Shown: in pieces, positions 1 to 12,315 of the stretch
Position numbering within the stretch: the stretch's first letter is position 1
Layout of the letters: every line of letters starts with the position of its first letter
Assembly (NCBI GenBank): GCA_002269645.1
Contig: NIVC01000181.1
Coordinates: 523,693 to 587,692 of the forward strand
Source of the DNA: Macrostomum lignano
Lineage: Eukaryota
Direction: 5' to 3'
Length of the DNA: 64,000 bases
Made by a program: the position numbers and the translations under genes
The notes under the pieces: model-generated
The model's database searches: none
What the model was told of the DNA's origin: nothing
The model's input: the letters and a program-made list of their open reading frames with translations, nothing else

Positions 1-875
1 ACATGTAGGAGATGCGTGGGGCGCCAATCTGCATGTGTCACTTTCTGATCACAGGCCGGTTTTAATTGAGTCGGCAACTCAAGGCAAATGATCAATCTAT
101 TATAGTAGTCAGGCCGGGTATTTTTGTGATACATACTGCACATGAGTATAGTTGAGTTGCCTATTGCAATTGAAAGAAAGCTTTTGATTACAACCAATTT
201 ATGTAACCAGAAGTTGCAAAATTCCAAATTTTTGCTGGCCTGGCTTACAGGTAAACAATTGTTTGTTTGAAAATTCCTGCTATTATATAATTGAGTCTCT
301 GCTGAAACCTAGACCATCGCTGCAAAATTTCAGTCATAAATGTTTTCTCTAATGAATTTAGAAACCCAATATTCAAAATATGATTTTATTCATAAAACCT
401 TTTTAGCATATATAGGATTTAATACAGTTCCTTGATACTTCCTTTGATACATGTACTTTGAGCCTCTTCGTTTAACAATGAAAATTAAATGAAGATTTAA
501 TGGGGCAAATTAAATGCCCCAAAAACTCTAAAATATGCAAAGTTGTACTTAAAGTAACAGCGGAATGGAGGGCTCTGGAAGGCTCTGGAAGCTAGGCTCT
601 GAAGGCTCGACCCAAGTACAGAATCAACGTACTACATAAGAATGATACATGTAAATTGTAATGTAAATTGCATGTCGGACAAATCGTCTAAAATCCAGCA
701 AACTTTTTAGCGAGTTTGGACTTTCTCGGGTAAATAGAGAATTTAATTATTAACTGTCCGTAGGGTCCGAAGCTCAAATTAACTTAGATAAGAATATAGT
801 AGATTCTTGAGAGGTGAAATCGACCTATAAGTGTCATATTGTGCATATCTTAGGAGGATTCCTTGATCAGGCAAA

Positions 876-2107
876 TACACCATTTTACCTCCTATTTTGA
901 ACAAAGTCTTGTTCAAAAGAAACAAGCAGAACTTCAATTCAAACACTTTAAGAAATATCAGCCCTTGCGGAAATTCAATTCAAACAAAGTCCCTTTCTAT
1001 TGAAACAGAAGAACTTCAATTCAGACTGTCTGTGGCAAAAATTGTCCTTGAGTGACGCGCATGCGCAAACTTGAAATTCAAAAGAAACAAAGTCGCATTC
1101 TATATTCGACAGAGGGATAAAACACAGCATATCGACGAACATAAGAGTAAAATGAAAAACAGGAACAAGACAGTGTCAGTTGGCCAACTTGAGACACCTA
1201 ATCATCAATTGCCTGTCCACCAACGCAGCGAGGTACGTATGTAAACACATGGTTGAACCACTCAGTGCACTTGTCCACAGAGATGCAGCCAATGGTTTTG
1301 TCCACCATGTTGTACAGAATGTCTCGCCGATAGGCCGCCATTGACTGATTCCTGTGCTGCTCAGCTATCGGAGTGATGAAATTTTGCTGGTCTGCTGCTG
1401 CCAGTTTTCTCTTCAGAGTGTTCTTCCAACAGGAGATTGAGTTCTCCACAGGAATAAAAAATGGACTGTATGGTGGAAGCCACTTGACCTGAATGGTGTC
1501 CGGAATCTCGTAGGCTGCTTTTCTGCTCTCCCTGACCTCACGATCATGTTCGCTGTTGACCTCTTGACTCCAAGTTGGCGCGCCAGTTCCACAAGTCATC
1601 CCCAACAATCAGCAGCCCTGATGATACGGTCTCTGTCACTGTTGCTTAAACAATAGTGCACTGCCAAGGCTGCTGTTCCATGATATCTTCATCGAATTCT
1701 GCTTCAAATTCATCGATTCCATCTTCCAGCAATTCATCGTCTTCTTCAATCTGATCTTCAGCATTAATATCGTTTCTTGTTGCGCAACGATTGTACAGTT
1801 ATGCAGTACAGGGACAACAAAAAAGTTAGATTAATGTACTTAAATGTACTTGTACCCATGTGCGAAAATCTCTGTCGAAATAGAATGCGACTTTGTTTCT
1901 TTTGAATTTCAAGTTTGCGCATGCGCGTCACTCAAGGACAATTTTTGCCACAGACAGTCTGAATTGAAGTTCTTCTGTTTCAATAGAAAGGGACTTTGTT
2001 TGAATTGAATTTCCGCAAGTGCTGATATTTCTTAAATTGTTTGAATTGAAGTTCTGCTTGTTTCTTTTGAACAAGACTTTGTTCAAAATAGGAGGTAAAA
2101 TGGTGTA
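876..2107 (-). mobile_element. Internally deleted Tc1/IS630-type DNA transposon with ~238-bp TIRs
   Basis: Left arm 876-~1114 (TACACCATTTTACCTCCTATTTTGAAC...) is the near-perfect reverse complement of ~1869-2107 (...GTTCAAAATAGGAGGTAAAATGGTGTA), with TA at both ends. The minus strand inside encodes a frameshifted HTH-like N-terminus (DRDRIIRAAD..VELARQLGVKRSTANMIVR) joined directly to the C-terminal DDE motif KWLPPYSPFFIPVE. Confidence 0.9.
1198..1650 (-). pseudogene. Transposase remnant (HTH N-terminus fused to LPPYSP C-terminus; catalytic middle missing)
   Basis: ORF 1198-1608 contains LPPYSPFFIPVEN, matching the Tc1/IS630 LPPYSPxLNPIE motif. The HTH segment lies in other frames around 1530-1650. 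Confidence 0.8.
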
Positions 2108-2180
2108 AAATACAACACAACATATTATAATAAGCTGAAAAAATTAACAGAAATTGTCACAATGGATTCTGAGACGACAA

Positions 2181-2425
2181 TACACCTTTTCACATTCAAT
2201 TTTGATCAGGGTCTAGTTCTAGAAAAACTAGCGATAATTCAGACAATTCAGACTGGGGATAATTATGTCTATGGCTAAACATTGCTTCGGTGGCAGTATT
2301 TTTTAACTGGGGTTTGTTTCTATTGATTTTCCGCAAGCGTTGCCCCAGTTTGAATTGTCTGAATTGAATTTCTGCTTGTTTTTATAGAACTGGACTTTGA
2401 TCAAAATTGAATGTGAAAAGGTGTA
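2181..2425. mobile_element. MITE, 245 bp, TACACC termini
   Basis: TACACCTTTTCACATTCAATTTTGATCA at 2181 pairs with TGATCAAAATTGAATGTGAAAAGGTGTA ending at 2425. Further internal inverted matches (AATTCAGACAATTCA / TGAATTGTCTGAATT). No ORF. Confidence 0.85.
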
Positions 2426-2732
2426 CCAATTGATCGTAATAGAATTATGAGCGAAATGACTTTCCTATTAAGATCCGTAAGAAATAATTTGGTTTGCTAA
2501 AACAAATTTTCTTAACAAAAAACTTAAAAAAACAGTAAATGTTTATGCTAAAATTTTTAGTTTGTGAAGAAAACTTAGCTCATCAGCCTAAGTCAACTAA
2601 TTCTAGAGTTGGTTCTTACAACTTATTGCAGAGCAGCATTTTAAATTCACGGAATTACACGAAAATATCTACAGTCATCAATGTGAGTTCTGTACCGTTT
2701 GTTCGTCAGTCGTGCTTTTATGCTCTTCAATC

Positions 2733-3731
2733 ATGAGGCGGCAAAAAATAGCCAGAATTGTTGTTGTCATTCTTTTACTTATCTGCGGTCTGCTTGGACT
2801 TATAGCTATGCTAACGGACCAATGGGTCACAGGCACTTTTGAGAACATCGTCTTTAAGCAGGATATCTGGGGCTCTAAGTGGGTCTATGATCGTAAGTAA
2901 ATTCTGATTTTGCAGAAATTTTTCTTTTAGTTTCATTATTTTCCATAATATCATTTCATGTCTTTTAAAATCTTTTTCTTTTTTTAGAGCGGATTTTGTG
3001 TGCCCGTGTATCCAGTGTAATGATGATCAGCAGTGCTGGTATCGCTCTTCTGGCCATCCCTGCAGAGGCCTGCCTAATGGAATGCAAAAACAGCACATTT
3101 TTGAAGATTGTGTCAATCATAAGCACTGTTCTGGCTTGTAAGTTTTTGTTTAATGCTTCCAATTTTACTTGGTCATTCATTTAACAAAACATCAAAAGTA
3201 TGCAAAATAGTTCCTCTAAGTCTAGTTATAAAATAAATACTTGATTTAATTTAAGTACTAGCCAGAAGAATAAAATTATTCAGATAAGCATAAACTTATA
3301 TTTCAAATTTTCTAAAAATGTTATTAGATAAATGGCCCTAGGGCCTACATCTAAATATTTTGGTGTTTATATACTTATAGGATGTTAGATATTAGATATT
3401 TTATATTTTTTGTTTTAAATTTACTGGAAATATTCTGTACCTAAATTTTATGCCAACAGTCATCACCAACATGAGCATGTGGTCCTGCATGCTAGACTAC
3501 ACACGCCACCTTGTGGAGGACACCCGTGGCACTAGCAATGTGCAGTTTGGCTATAGCCTAGCCTTGGCTATTATAGCGTGTCTGGGCTTCTTAGCTGCCG
3601 CTATCATTACAGGGCTGCTAGTCTGTATGAAGCTGATCAACAACGATGCAGAAGGCAAGCGAGCACTGCAGATGGGCCAGCAGCCTTATCCAGATGTGGC
3701 TGAGAGTGAATTTGAAAGTCCAAAATGGTAA
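2733..3731 (+). CDS. Claudin/PMP22/EMP superfamily four-TM protein, 193 aa, 3 exons
   Basis: Exons 2733-2892, 2988-3137 and 3460-3731 have GT-AG boundaries and consistent phase (582 nt). Four hydrophobic segments, DQW...DIWG after TM1, and FGYS before TM4. Confidence 0.8.
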
Positions 3732-4377
3732 GGAAGACATTTTTGATATAGAAGCTGACTAATAATTGTAGAAAAGTGTGACATTAAAGTATACTTTGGC
3801 TCTGTTTTAGAAAAATCCAGAAAGTTTTAAATTAAATTTATTCTTGTGTACAGTGCTCATATTGTAATTGTCAACAACAAATGGACTGTTTTTATTATAA
3901 AAGCTATTGTTAACAAACTGGACCAATTATTCATCATTACTATTTTGAATTGTTACTTGTAACTATAAATTGAATGCTTTTTATTTGCAGTGTATGCAAC
4001 AAAAGTGCATGCAATGCTTAACATTCTGCTTTAAACACATTCCATTTTTAACACTAGGGTTCTCTAATCTTGAAGAAATGGTTGATTTTCTCAAGATTAT
4101 TTTATGTAATTTAATTTTCGTTGTATTTACAAATTACCTAATCAATAATAGTTCCAAATTAACATTCCTTTGAAGTTTTGTGACCCCTTTAACATTCATA
4201 TAATAAATTATAAGTAGGTGCAAATTTTAATGCATATTAACTAAAAATGCAAACAGAAAATAAAATCGCATCAATGACATTCTAAATTTAGTTTTTCACG
4301 CAAAAACTGTTGTAATTTGCTATGGGAGAAATATTAATCCTATTTATTTATCCAATACCTGCCGTTGTGATGGGACA

Positions 4378-4649
4378 GTGGTATGTCAGGTAAGGCAGTG
4401 GTGTGTCAGGTGAGGCAGTGGTATGTCAGGTAAGGCAGTGGTGTGTCAGGTGAGGCAGTGGTGTGTCAGGTAAGGCAGTGGTGTGTCAGGTGAGGCAGTG
4501 GTGTGTCAGGTAAGGCAGTGGTGTGTCAGGTAAGGCAGTGGTGTGTCAGGTAAGGCAGTGGTGTGTCCGGTGAGGCAGCAGTGTTTCAGGTAAGGCAGTG
4601 GTGTGTCAGGTGAGGCAGTGGTGTGTCAGGTAAGGCAGTGGTGTGTCAG
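4378..4649. repeat. 20-bp minisatellite (GTGTGTCAGGTAAGGCAGTG), ~13 copies
   Basis: Direct reading. Confidence 0.95.
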
Positions 4650-4721
4650 CTAGGCAATAAACGCTAATAAATGTAAATTCCACCGGCAGAAGTGTACGCA
4701 TGTAGAGATGTACAACAGTAG

Positions 4722-5168
4722 TCAGGCACTTGCCGAAATGCTGCTAGGGATTCTGGCTGACCGGTGCGAAATCCGGCTGGCAGTCTGCGTGGAGCAGGCG
4801 GGGCACTTGGCGGTCAGCGGCATGGGCAGCTGGGTGCGGCTCAGGCAGGTGGACTGGTTGCGCTTCCGGCGCTGCACCAGGCAGTGGCGCAACAGCTGGC
4901 GGAACTGCCGCTGCCGGTCCGACACCCGGTAGTAGCAGCCTGTACAGCTGCGGCTGCGCCAGTCGACCCGGGGCAGCGCCAATGCCGCCGCGCGCGCCGG
5001 GTTCCGGCGACATAAACCATTGGTGACGTCGGCATCGGCGGCATTTTTGCAGACTTTGACTTCGGTCGGCTCCGCCGTCAGCATGCGAACGAATGGCGCG
5101 ATGGCAAAACCGCCCCACATCAGAGAGAGAACTAGCAGGAAGAATACTGCGGGTTTCAGGGTGTGCAT
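4722..5168 (-). CDS. Putative secreted or membrane-anchored Cys-rich protein, 148 aa, family unknown
   Basis: GC-rich island between repeat arrays. N-terminal hydrophobic stretch (AVFFLLVLSLMWGGFAIAP) and 8 Cys. No family recognised. Confidence 0.4.
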   Translation of the reverse strand: MHTLKPAVFFLLVLSLMWGGFAIAPFVRMLTAEPTEVKVCKNAADADVTNGLCRRNPARAAALALPRVDWRSRSCTGCYYRVSDRQRQFRQLLRHCLVQRRKRNQSTCLSRTQLPMPLTAKCPACSTQTASRISHRSARIPSSISASA

Positions 5169-5384
5169 GGTTCGATCTGGGTGTCCTGGGTGATCTCGTC
5201 AAATGTAGCCTTTAGGGCAGGGCTCGGCTAAAATTTTTACCTCAAGGGCCAGATCATGGGGAATGCAGCTCTTGTGTCTGCGGGCCAGATGAGAGTGGAA
5301 AGGAAAGGGAACGAAAGATGAGAGAAGAGAGGAGAGGGGGAAAGAAGAAGAGAAGAGATAGAGCTGAGCAGAGACAAATTGAGC

Positions 5385-5860
5385 GGGCCGGATTGCCATT
5401 GTGATCAGTTTCAAAGGACCCGAGGGCCGGATTGCCATTGTGATCAATTTCAAAAGACCCGATGGCCGGATTGCCATTGTGATCAGTTTCAAAGGACCCG
5501 ATGGCCGGATTGCCATTGTGATCAGTTTCAAAGGACCCGAGGGCCGGATTGCCATTGTGATCAATTTCAAAAGACCCGATGGCCGGATTGCCATTGTGAT
5601 CAGTTTCAAAGGACCCGAGGGCCGGATTGCCATTGTGATCAGTTTCAAAGGACCCGATGGCCGGATTGCCATTGTGATCAGTTTCAAAGGACCCGAGGGC
5701 CGGATTGCCATTGTTATCAGTTTCAAAGGACCCGAGGGCCGGATTGCCATTGTGATCAGTTTCAAAGGACCCGAGGGCCGGATTGCCATTGTGATCAGTT
5801 TCAAAGGACCCGAGGCCGGATTGCCATTGTGATCAGTTTCAAAGGACCCGAGGGCCGGAT
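5385..5860. repeat. 39-bp minisatellite (GGGCCGGATTGCCATTGTGATCAGTTTCAAAGGACCCGA), ~12 copies
   Basis: Direct reading; explains ORFs 5199-5894, 5379-6062 and 5401-5832. Confidence 0.95.
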
Positions 5861-6054
5861 AGAGAGGCTTCAAGGGCCGCGTATGGATTGCCACTGTAGG
5901 GTGATTGGGATGTCTGCAGATATCTGCAGATTGGGATGTCTTGGCGATTGGTATGTCAGATATTGGGTGATCGGGGTGTCAGATATTGGACGAGTGAAGT
6001 GTCAAGTATCAGTTGGGTGTGGTGTCAAATATAGGGTGAGTGGTGTCTCAGATA

Positions 6055-6188
6055 TTGGGTAAGTGGGGTGTCAGATGTAAGGTGAGTGGGGTGTCAGATG
6101 TAGGGTAAGTGGGGTGTCAGATGTAGGGTGTGGGGTGTCAGACGTAGGGTGAGTGGGGTGTCAGATGTAGGGTGGGTGGGGTGTCAGG
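6055..6188. repeat. ~23-bp G-rich minisatellite (GTGGGGTGTCAGATGTAGGGTGA), decaying leftwards to ~5900
   Basis: Direct reading. Confidence 0.85.
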
Positions 6189-7262
6189 TATTGCATCAAT
6201 CAAGGCCTCGCTTACCGCAGACAATCTGAACAGTTTGTAACTCTTCATTGACAGCTTGGGTCGGAGTCATAATGACGCGCAGTCTTGTCAGACTATAGTA
6301 TCTTGCTAATCGATTTACGATGTCATTGCCTTTAAAAATAAACCACTAATCCCACACAGCTGATTTATCTGACATTCTATGGCCGAAGTTGCGAGACTAG
6401 CTATACAATACATGCTACTTGTTGCAAGTTGACTTCATAAGTAATATTATAAGCACCACGTGGAAATAATTCTAATGTCAGGAATAAAGTCTTATTATTT
6501 TTCAATACACTCGCATGTAGAATAAGCAACAGAAACGGCCAAAAATGTTTAATTATATTTGTCTTTGCTATACGAGTAGGTAGTCAGGTGAATCTCTGCA
6601 ACAATCGTAGTTCGTAAGCCGAGAAATTAGTGGGCGCTATTAATCGATAAAGCCAATTGCTACATCTATAAGTACACTTACTCCTTGCTATATTTGAGTT
6701 CCACCATGCAAAATGAAACATTTTCGGTAACATTATTTCACGATTTTGTTGAGCTTTCAAAAACCGTTTATGGAGTGTCTTGACTTCTAAAAATAGTCTT
6801 GTCTGTTAGAAATTAACCTTAAGAACCTCATTCTGTATTTACCATTTTACGGATATTTTTGCAAGTCTACCTGTGTTCACAGTGCATCTGATCGCATGGA
6901 CAACTTAAGCATGGGGACGCTACGCATGGCAACCAGTTCACTATAGTATCACGATCTCTAACACCACTGACATAGTGGTCAACTTAACGATATCTCAGGT
7001 TAGAAAGTTGGTAATGTCTTTGATTGAAGGTCGTGTTACAACTCAAACGGTAATATAGTTCTTGATAAAAATATCTCTGGGTCTCACTGCGAAAGTCTCC
7101 CTGTAGCGATGGGAAGAGCTTAATTAATGAAGCAATATTTATCAAATAATTCGAATCCTTTTCGGTATCTGCACAGTGAAGTACTTCATGGTCTGACTCT
7201 CTGATGAAGCTTTGATCACACAAGATAACACATGCTACTAGCAGTAGTGCGAGTTCAGGCTT

Positions 7263-10200
7263 CTACTCTGCTCGGGACAGCAGCCTATCCAGCTTGTCGT
7301 CTATGTTAACCATCCGAGCTTCAGCCTCCCGGATGCGGCTGTGCAGCTGCTGCACGCCGGTCAGAATGAAGCCCTGATTCTTGTGTACCTCCAGCAACCC
7401 GATTGAGTTGTCGGCCAGTCGGCGCTGGTCGCTCCTGAGCTGCCGGATTTGATAGATCGAATGCAGCAGCTTTCTCTGGTGCCGAAGGCTGGCAGCCGCG
7501 TCTCCCGAGCGCCTGAATTTGTAAGCCAACCAGCCCTCCTTCAGGATGTTGGCAGCCGAGTGTCGCATCCGCTTGTCCAGCTCCGTGTCAATCACAAAGT
7601 TGTGCACGTACTTTTCCGCGCGGGACAGTTCGAGGCGGCGAGCGAGAACGGCCACGACTAGGGCAGTGACTCCCGTGCCGAATATGCCTGTGGGTGACGG
7701 AGTTAGGAGGCTCACTCTGTGGTGATGGTCCTTCAGCGCTGGCAACAACCCCCCCTTCCCCGATCCTTCAGTGGTGGCAGCAACTCCCCAGGTCCTTCAG
7801 CGCTGGCAACAACCCCCCCCCCGGATCCTTCAGTGGTGGCAACAACCCCCCCCAGATCCTTCAGTAGTGGTAGCAATTCCCCAGATCCTTCAGTGGTGGC
7901 AGCAACTCCCCGGATCCTTCAGTGGTGGCAGCAACTCCCCGGATCCTTCAGTGGTGGCAGAAACTCCCCGGATCCTTCAGTGGTGGCAGCAACTCCCCGA
8001 TCCTTCAGTGGTGGCAGCAACTCCCCGGATCCTTCAGTGGTGGCAGAAACTCCCCGGATCCTTCAGTGGTGGCAGCAACTCCCCGGATCCTTCAGTGGTG
8101 GCAGCAACTCCCCGGATCCTTCAGTGGTGGCAGCAACTCCCCGGATCCTTCAGTGGTGGCAGAAACTCCCCGGATCCTTCAGTGGTGGCAGCAACTCCCC
8201 GATCCTTCAGTGGTGGCAGCAACTCCCCGGATCCTTCAGGGATGACAGCAACTTCCTTCCTTCCTTACTAGTTTTTCAACGATAGTCACTAGCTTGAATA
8301 TTGACTCCAGTATATGTTCGAGATGTAGTTCAAGCTGAGAACAGCTGAATTCAACACAGCGTGCAGCTGATCAAAGTGCATCGGGCAGTGATGAAGGATC
8401 CGAAATGAAATGGGCTGCTCAAACGAAAGATCCGTCGCTGATAGCTTTCGCGGCGATCGCACTTGCTTCATGGAAACTGTCGCCGGGGATTAGGCTGAAC
8501 CCCAGGGAGGCATCGCGAGTTTTCCACGCTTGCATAATTTTCCCGGGACAACTTTGAAGAAAGGAATTTAGACAGAAAGGGAAAACCAGGGGGATTTGGT
8601 CTTGATGGGACTGTGGAGCATTCTGGTATAAAGAGAAACTTTGCTGCAATTCATCTGCGTTAAGGAAGCGCATTTTCTGGGCTGGACCAGCCAGTTTACC
8701 GGGGTTAACTGGCAGTTTACCAGTGCAACTGCTTTGCTCAGCGTATCTGATATTTCTGGGAAGGCAGAAACTCCACCCCGTTCTTTCAATAGTGGCAGCA
8801 AGTGTTCCAGAGCCGAGCTCCCAGATCGCATAATTGGCTGGCGTCTCGTGCAATGCTAATTTAATTTCCGAAGATATTTAAACAGAGAAAGTTACTAGAG
8901 TACTTTAAACTATTTGGCTTGGTGCCACTGACATAGAACTGTACTTGGCCATAGAAGATAAAGCCAATCCAGTGGACAACTTGAAATTTTAAGCTGCAGA
9001 GCTGCAGTGCAAACCTGCTCTGCTCTGCTCTGCTCTGCTCTGCTCTGCTCTGCTCTGCTCTGCTCTGCTCTGCTCTGCTCTGCTCTCTGCTCTCTGCTCT
9101 CTGCTCTGCTCTCTGCTCTGCTCTGCTCTGCTCTGCTCTGCTCTGCTCTGCTCTGCTCTCTGCTCTCTGCTCTCTGCTCTGCTCTGCTCTGCTCTGCTCT
9201 GCTCTGCTCTCTGCTCTGCTCTGCTCTGCTCTGCTCTGCTCTGCTCTCTGCTCTCTGCTCTGCTCTGCTCTGCTCTGCTCTGCTCTGCTCTGCTCTGCTC
9301 TGCTCTGCTCTGCTCTCTGCTCTGCTCAGGGAGGCTGAAGCTTCCCTAAACTTGCGCACCGAGCTGAATACCAGTGACTTCTGGAGATTTTCACAGGTTT
9401 AATTTGTTTTTCATGTTGTGCAATGGGAGTACAGATTGAAAATCTGTTGCCCAAATGACTGAATTAAAAGCTTGATAAACTTCAACTTAGCTTAAAACGA
9501 CCTCAAGTGTAAAAATAAACAAATAAATTGCCATCATTGAAGGTCGGTCAGTCACAGAGAACTCCACCGCACCTGTGAGCACTGCGACTCCGCGGCTGCA
9601 GTAGGTTTCCGGCACAACGTCCCCGTAGCCAACAGTCAGAAAGGTGATCGCAGTCAGCCACATGCTGTTTAGAAAGTTCCGATGCTTCTTGCCGCGGTAC
9701 ATCTCACAGGCCCGCGTAGCCCAGCTGGCCCAGATGAACAGCACCAGAGCCGCAGCTGTGAGCACGTACTCCGGGTACATGCTCATCATGGACTTGAAGA
9801 TGAACCGGAAATTGAACGGCACCCGGTTCAGAGCGCCCAGGCTCTGCGACGAAGCGTCCTGGAACAGGCGGCTGTGCAGCATCAGGACGCGGCAGATCAG
9901 GTAGAATCGAAGGAACATCGGCAGGCCCAGTATGACGTCAAAGGGCACCAGGTGCTGATCCAGCTGGCCTTCTCGCGGCTGATGAGTCTGCTGCAGCAGC
10001 TGCGCCTCGTCCGTCCGGTTGGTCGGAGGCGGGTGCACAGCGCACACAGCCAGCTCCAGGGCCAGTCGGAAGACCCGACCGGCGTCTAAAACTAGTCGGT
10101 AGTTCTCCATTGAGTTGTCAATCATAAAGACTTGAAGGTCCAACCAGTGATACAAGACGATGAAGCCTAGAAGGATTGCAGTTGAGAGGCTGATGAAACT

Positions 10201-11123
10201 CTTCAGAATGGCGGATCCTGCCTGGTCCTTGCGCAGCGTCCCCGCCATGCAGAGCTCCGCCTCTGCCACCATGAGAGCCACACCCAGCAGGGCGAACAGC
10301 AGGCTGAGGTCGGCTAGCATCTTGCGCCTACGGATCGGGGAGTAGGATTCGAATATCGAAGAGTGGGATTCGAATATCGACGAGTGGGATTCGAATATCG
10401 AGGAGTGGGATTCGAATATCGAGGAGTGGGATTCGAATATCCAGGAGTGGGATTCAAACATCGGGGAGTGGGATTTTTATATTGGGGAGTGGGATTCGAA
10501 TATTGGGGAGTGGGATTCGAATATTGGGGAGTGGGATTCGAATATTGAGGAGTGGGATTTTAATATCGCGGAGTGGGATTCGAATATTGGGGAGTGGGAT
10601 TCGAATATTGGGGAGTGGGATTCGAATATTGGGGAGTGGGATTCGAATATTGAGGAGTGGGATTTTAATATCGGGGAGTGGGATTTGAATATTGGGGAGT
10701 GGGATTCGAATATCGGGGAGTGGGATTCGAATATCGGGGAGTGGGATTCGAATGCCGGAATTTCGCAGTCGACATGAGCACGGAGTCTAATTAACCATTG
10801 CATTACCTGGTGAACAGCTCCTTTCTGCGGGCCAGTCGAGCTCCCACATTTTCGTATTTGAATGCCCGTGAACTGGCTGCCACCCCATTCGCTGCCGCCG
10901 CCGAGGCCGCCGCCGAGGCCGCCGCCGAGGCCGCCGCCGAGGCCGCCGCCGAGGCCGCCGCCGAGGCCGCCGCCGAGGCCGCCGCCGAGGCCGCCGCCGT
11001 CACCACGGAGCCTCGAGCTCCAGAGCCGTAGCCCAATGTGCCGTTGGGACCCGCGCCAACCAGCGGGATGGCCGGGTCGTCCATCGTCGGGGTGGCGGTT
11101 GGCGTTGCCTCGACGGAGTTCAT
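7263..11123 (-). CDS. KCNN: Small-conductance Ca2+-activated K+ channel (SK/KCNN), 498 aa, 3 exons
   Basis: Exons 11123-10807, 10327-9573 and 7687-7263 are GT-AG and in phase (1497 nt). Motifs: ENVGARLARRKELFTRRKMLADLSLLF, pore WLTAITFLTVGYGDVVP, and CaM-binding LELSRAEKYVHNF. The start codon is tentative. Confidence 0.93.
7731..8240. repeat. 29-bp minisatellite (GGATCCTTCAGTGGTGGCAGCAACTCCCC) in SK intron 2
   Basis: Direct reading. Confidence 0.95.
9016..9327. repeat. (TGCTC)n microsatellite in SK intron 2
   Basis: Direct reading. Confidence 0.97.
10340..10752. repeat. 21-bp minisatellite (GAGTGGGATTCGAATATTGGG) filling SK intron 1
   Basis: Direct reading; runs to within ~10 nt of the acceptor AG at 10328-10329. 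Confidence 0.95.
10893..10998. repeat. 12-bp coding repeat (GCCGCCGAGGCC) encoding (AAAS)n in the SK N-terminus
   Basis: Lies in frame within SK exon 1. Confidence 0.9.
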
Positions 11124-11177
11124 GGGAGGCTGGCTGCTAAGAGTAACGAGAGTGGTAAAGTTCTGTGGAGTCTTCAG

Positions 11178-11771
11178 TCTAGGTCTAGTGTCCACTGCCT
11201 AGGTCTAGTGTCCGCTGCCTAGGTCTAGTGTCCGCTGCCTAGGTCTAGTGTCCGCTGCCTAGATCTAGTGTCCGCTGCCTAGGTCTAGTGTCCGCTGTCT
11301 AGGTCTAGTGTCCACTGCCTAGATCTAGTGTCCGCTGCCTAGGTCTAGTGTCCACTGCCTAGATCTAGTGTCCGCTGCCTAGGTCTAGTGTCCGCTGCCT
11401 AGGTCTAGTGTCCGCTGCCTAGGTCTACTGTCCACTGCCTAGGTCTAGTGTCCATTGCCTAGGTCTATTGTCCACTGCCTAGGTCTACTGTCCACTGCCT
11501 AGGTCTACTGTCCACTGCCTAGGTCTATTGTCCACTGCCTAGATCTAGTGTCCACTGCCTAGGTCTACTGTCCACTGCCTAGGTCTATTGTCCACTGCCT
11601 AGATCTAGTGTCCACTGCCTAGGTCTACTGTCCACTGCCTAGGTCTAGTGTCCATTGCCTAGGTCTATTGTCCACTGCCTAGGTCTACTGTCCACTGCCT
11701 AGGTCTACTGTCCACTGCCTAGGTCTATTGTCCACTGCCTAGATCTAGTGTCCACTGCCTAGGTCTAGTGT
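11178..11771. repeat. 20-bp minisatellite (CTAGGTCTAGTGTCCGCTGC), ~29 copies, just upstream of the SK start
   Basis: Direct reading. Confidence 0.95.
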
Positions 11772-12315
11772 CAAACCACTAATAATAGAATTCTATAATT
11801 CTATTTATAGAATTCCATGGTCTAACTTTTGCTTTTAACTGTCCTCTGTCTGCCCCTGACCAGCGACTTTGCACTGTTCATAATGATACATTGTAATCAC
11901 ACGGTCTAATGCTACAGTACAGCACTCGTAGAGTATTGGATAATCTCAGGCAATATATTGAACTCTGGTTTGAAGGCACTTGTACCAGACGGGGACTCAA
12001 TAAAACTAGAATGCCCAACTCTGGATAACACCAAAAATAAAACTCACCCCACTACTCTCAAGACTTTTATCCGACAGCTGTGCCACAGAAAGCGAAAGTC
12101 TTCAAGCCTGAGTCAGAGTCTAAACCAATGTGCTTTTACTTCCCGGATGCTCAACGCTCTCAGACGGGGCCAGTTTATGAGTAATGCGGGACTATTTTAG
12201 TTACCACCAGGTAAACCAAACTGCTTGGATTTGAAGAAAATGGTCTCAAAAAATCCAACCAAGTCATTAAATTTCACGCTTTATAATTTTATAAGTCGTC
12301 CAATAAAATTCGGCC

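Noticed and set aside
5199-6062. Repeat-protein-like ORFs (e.g. PDCHCDQFQRTR repeats)
   Set aside because: The 39-bp unit is open on both strands; no unique flanking coding context or splice support. The same applies to the ORFs over arrays at 7719, 14393, 15196, 17296, 19142, 23071, 25633, 26489, 27608, 31257, 37484, 40413 and 55539.
7719-7760. Idea that the 29-bp array copies the SK acceptor junction
   Set aside because: The real acceptor is at 7688-7689, about 40 nt away from the array
8419-8853. 144-aa ORF with WELGSGT, resembling a SAM-binding motif, inside SK intron 2
   Set aside because: Nothing else fits a methyltransferase fold and there is no splice support; probably chance
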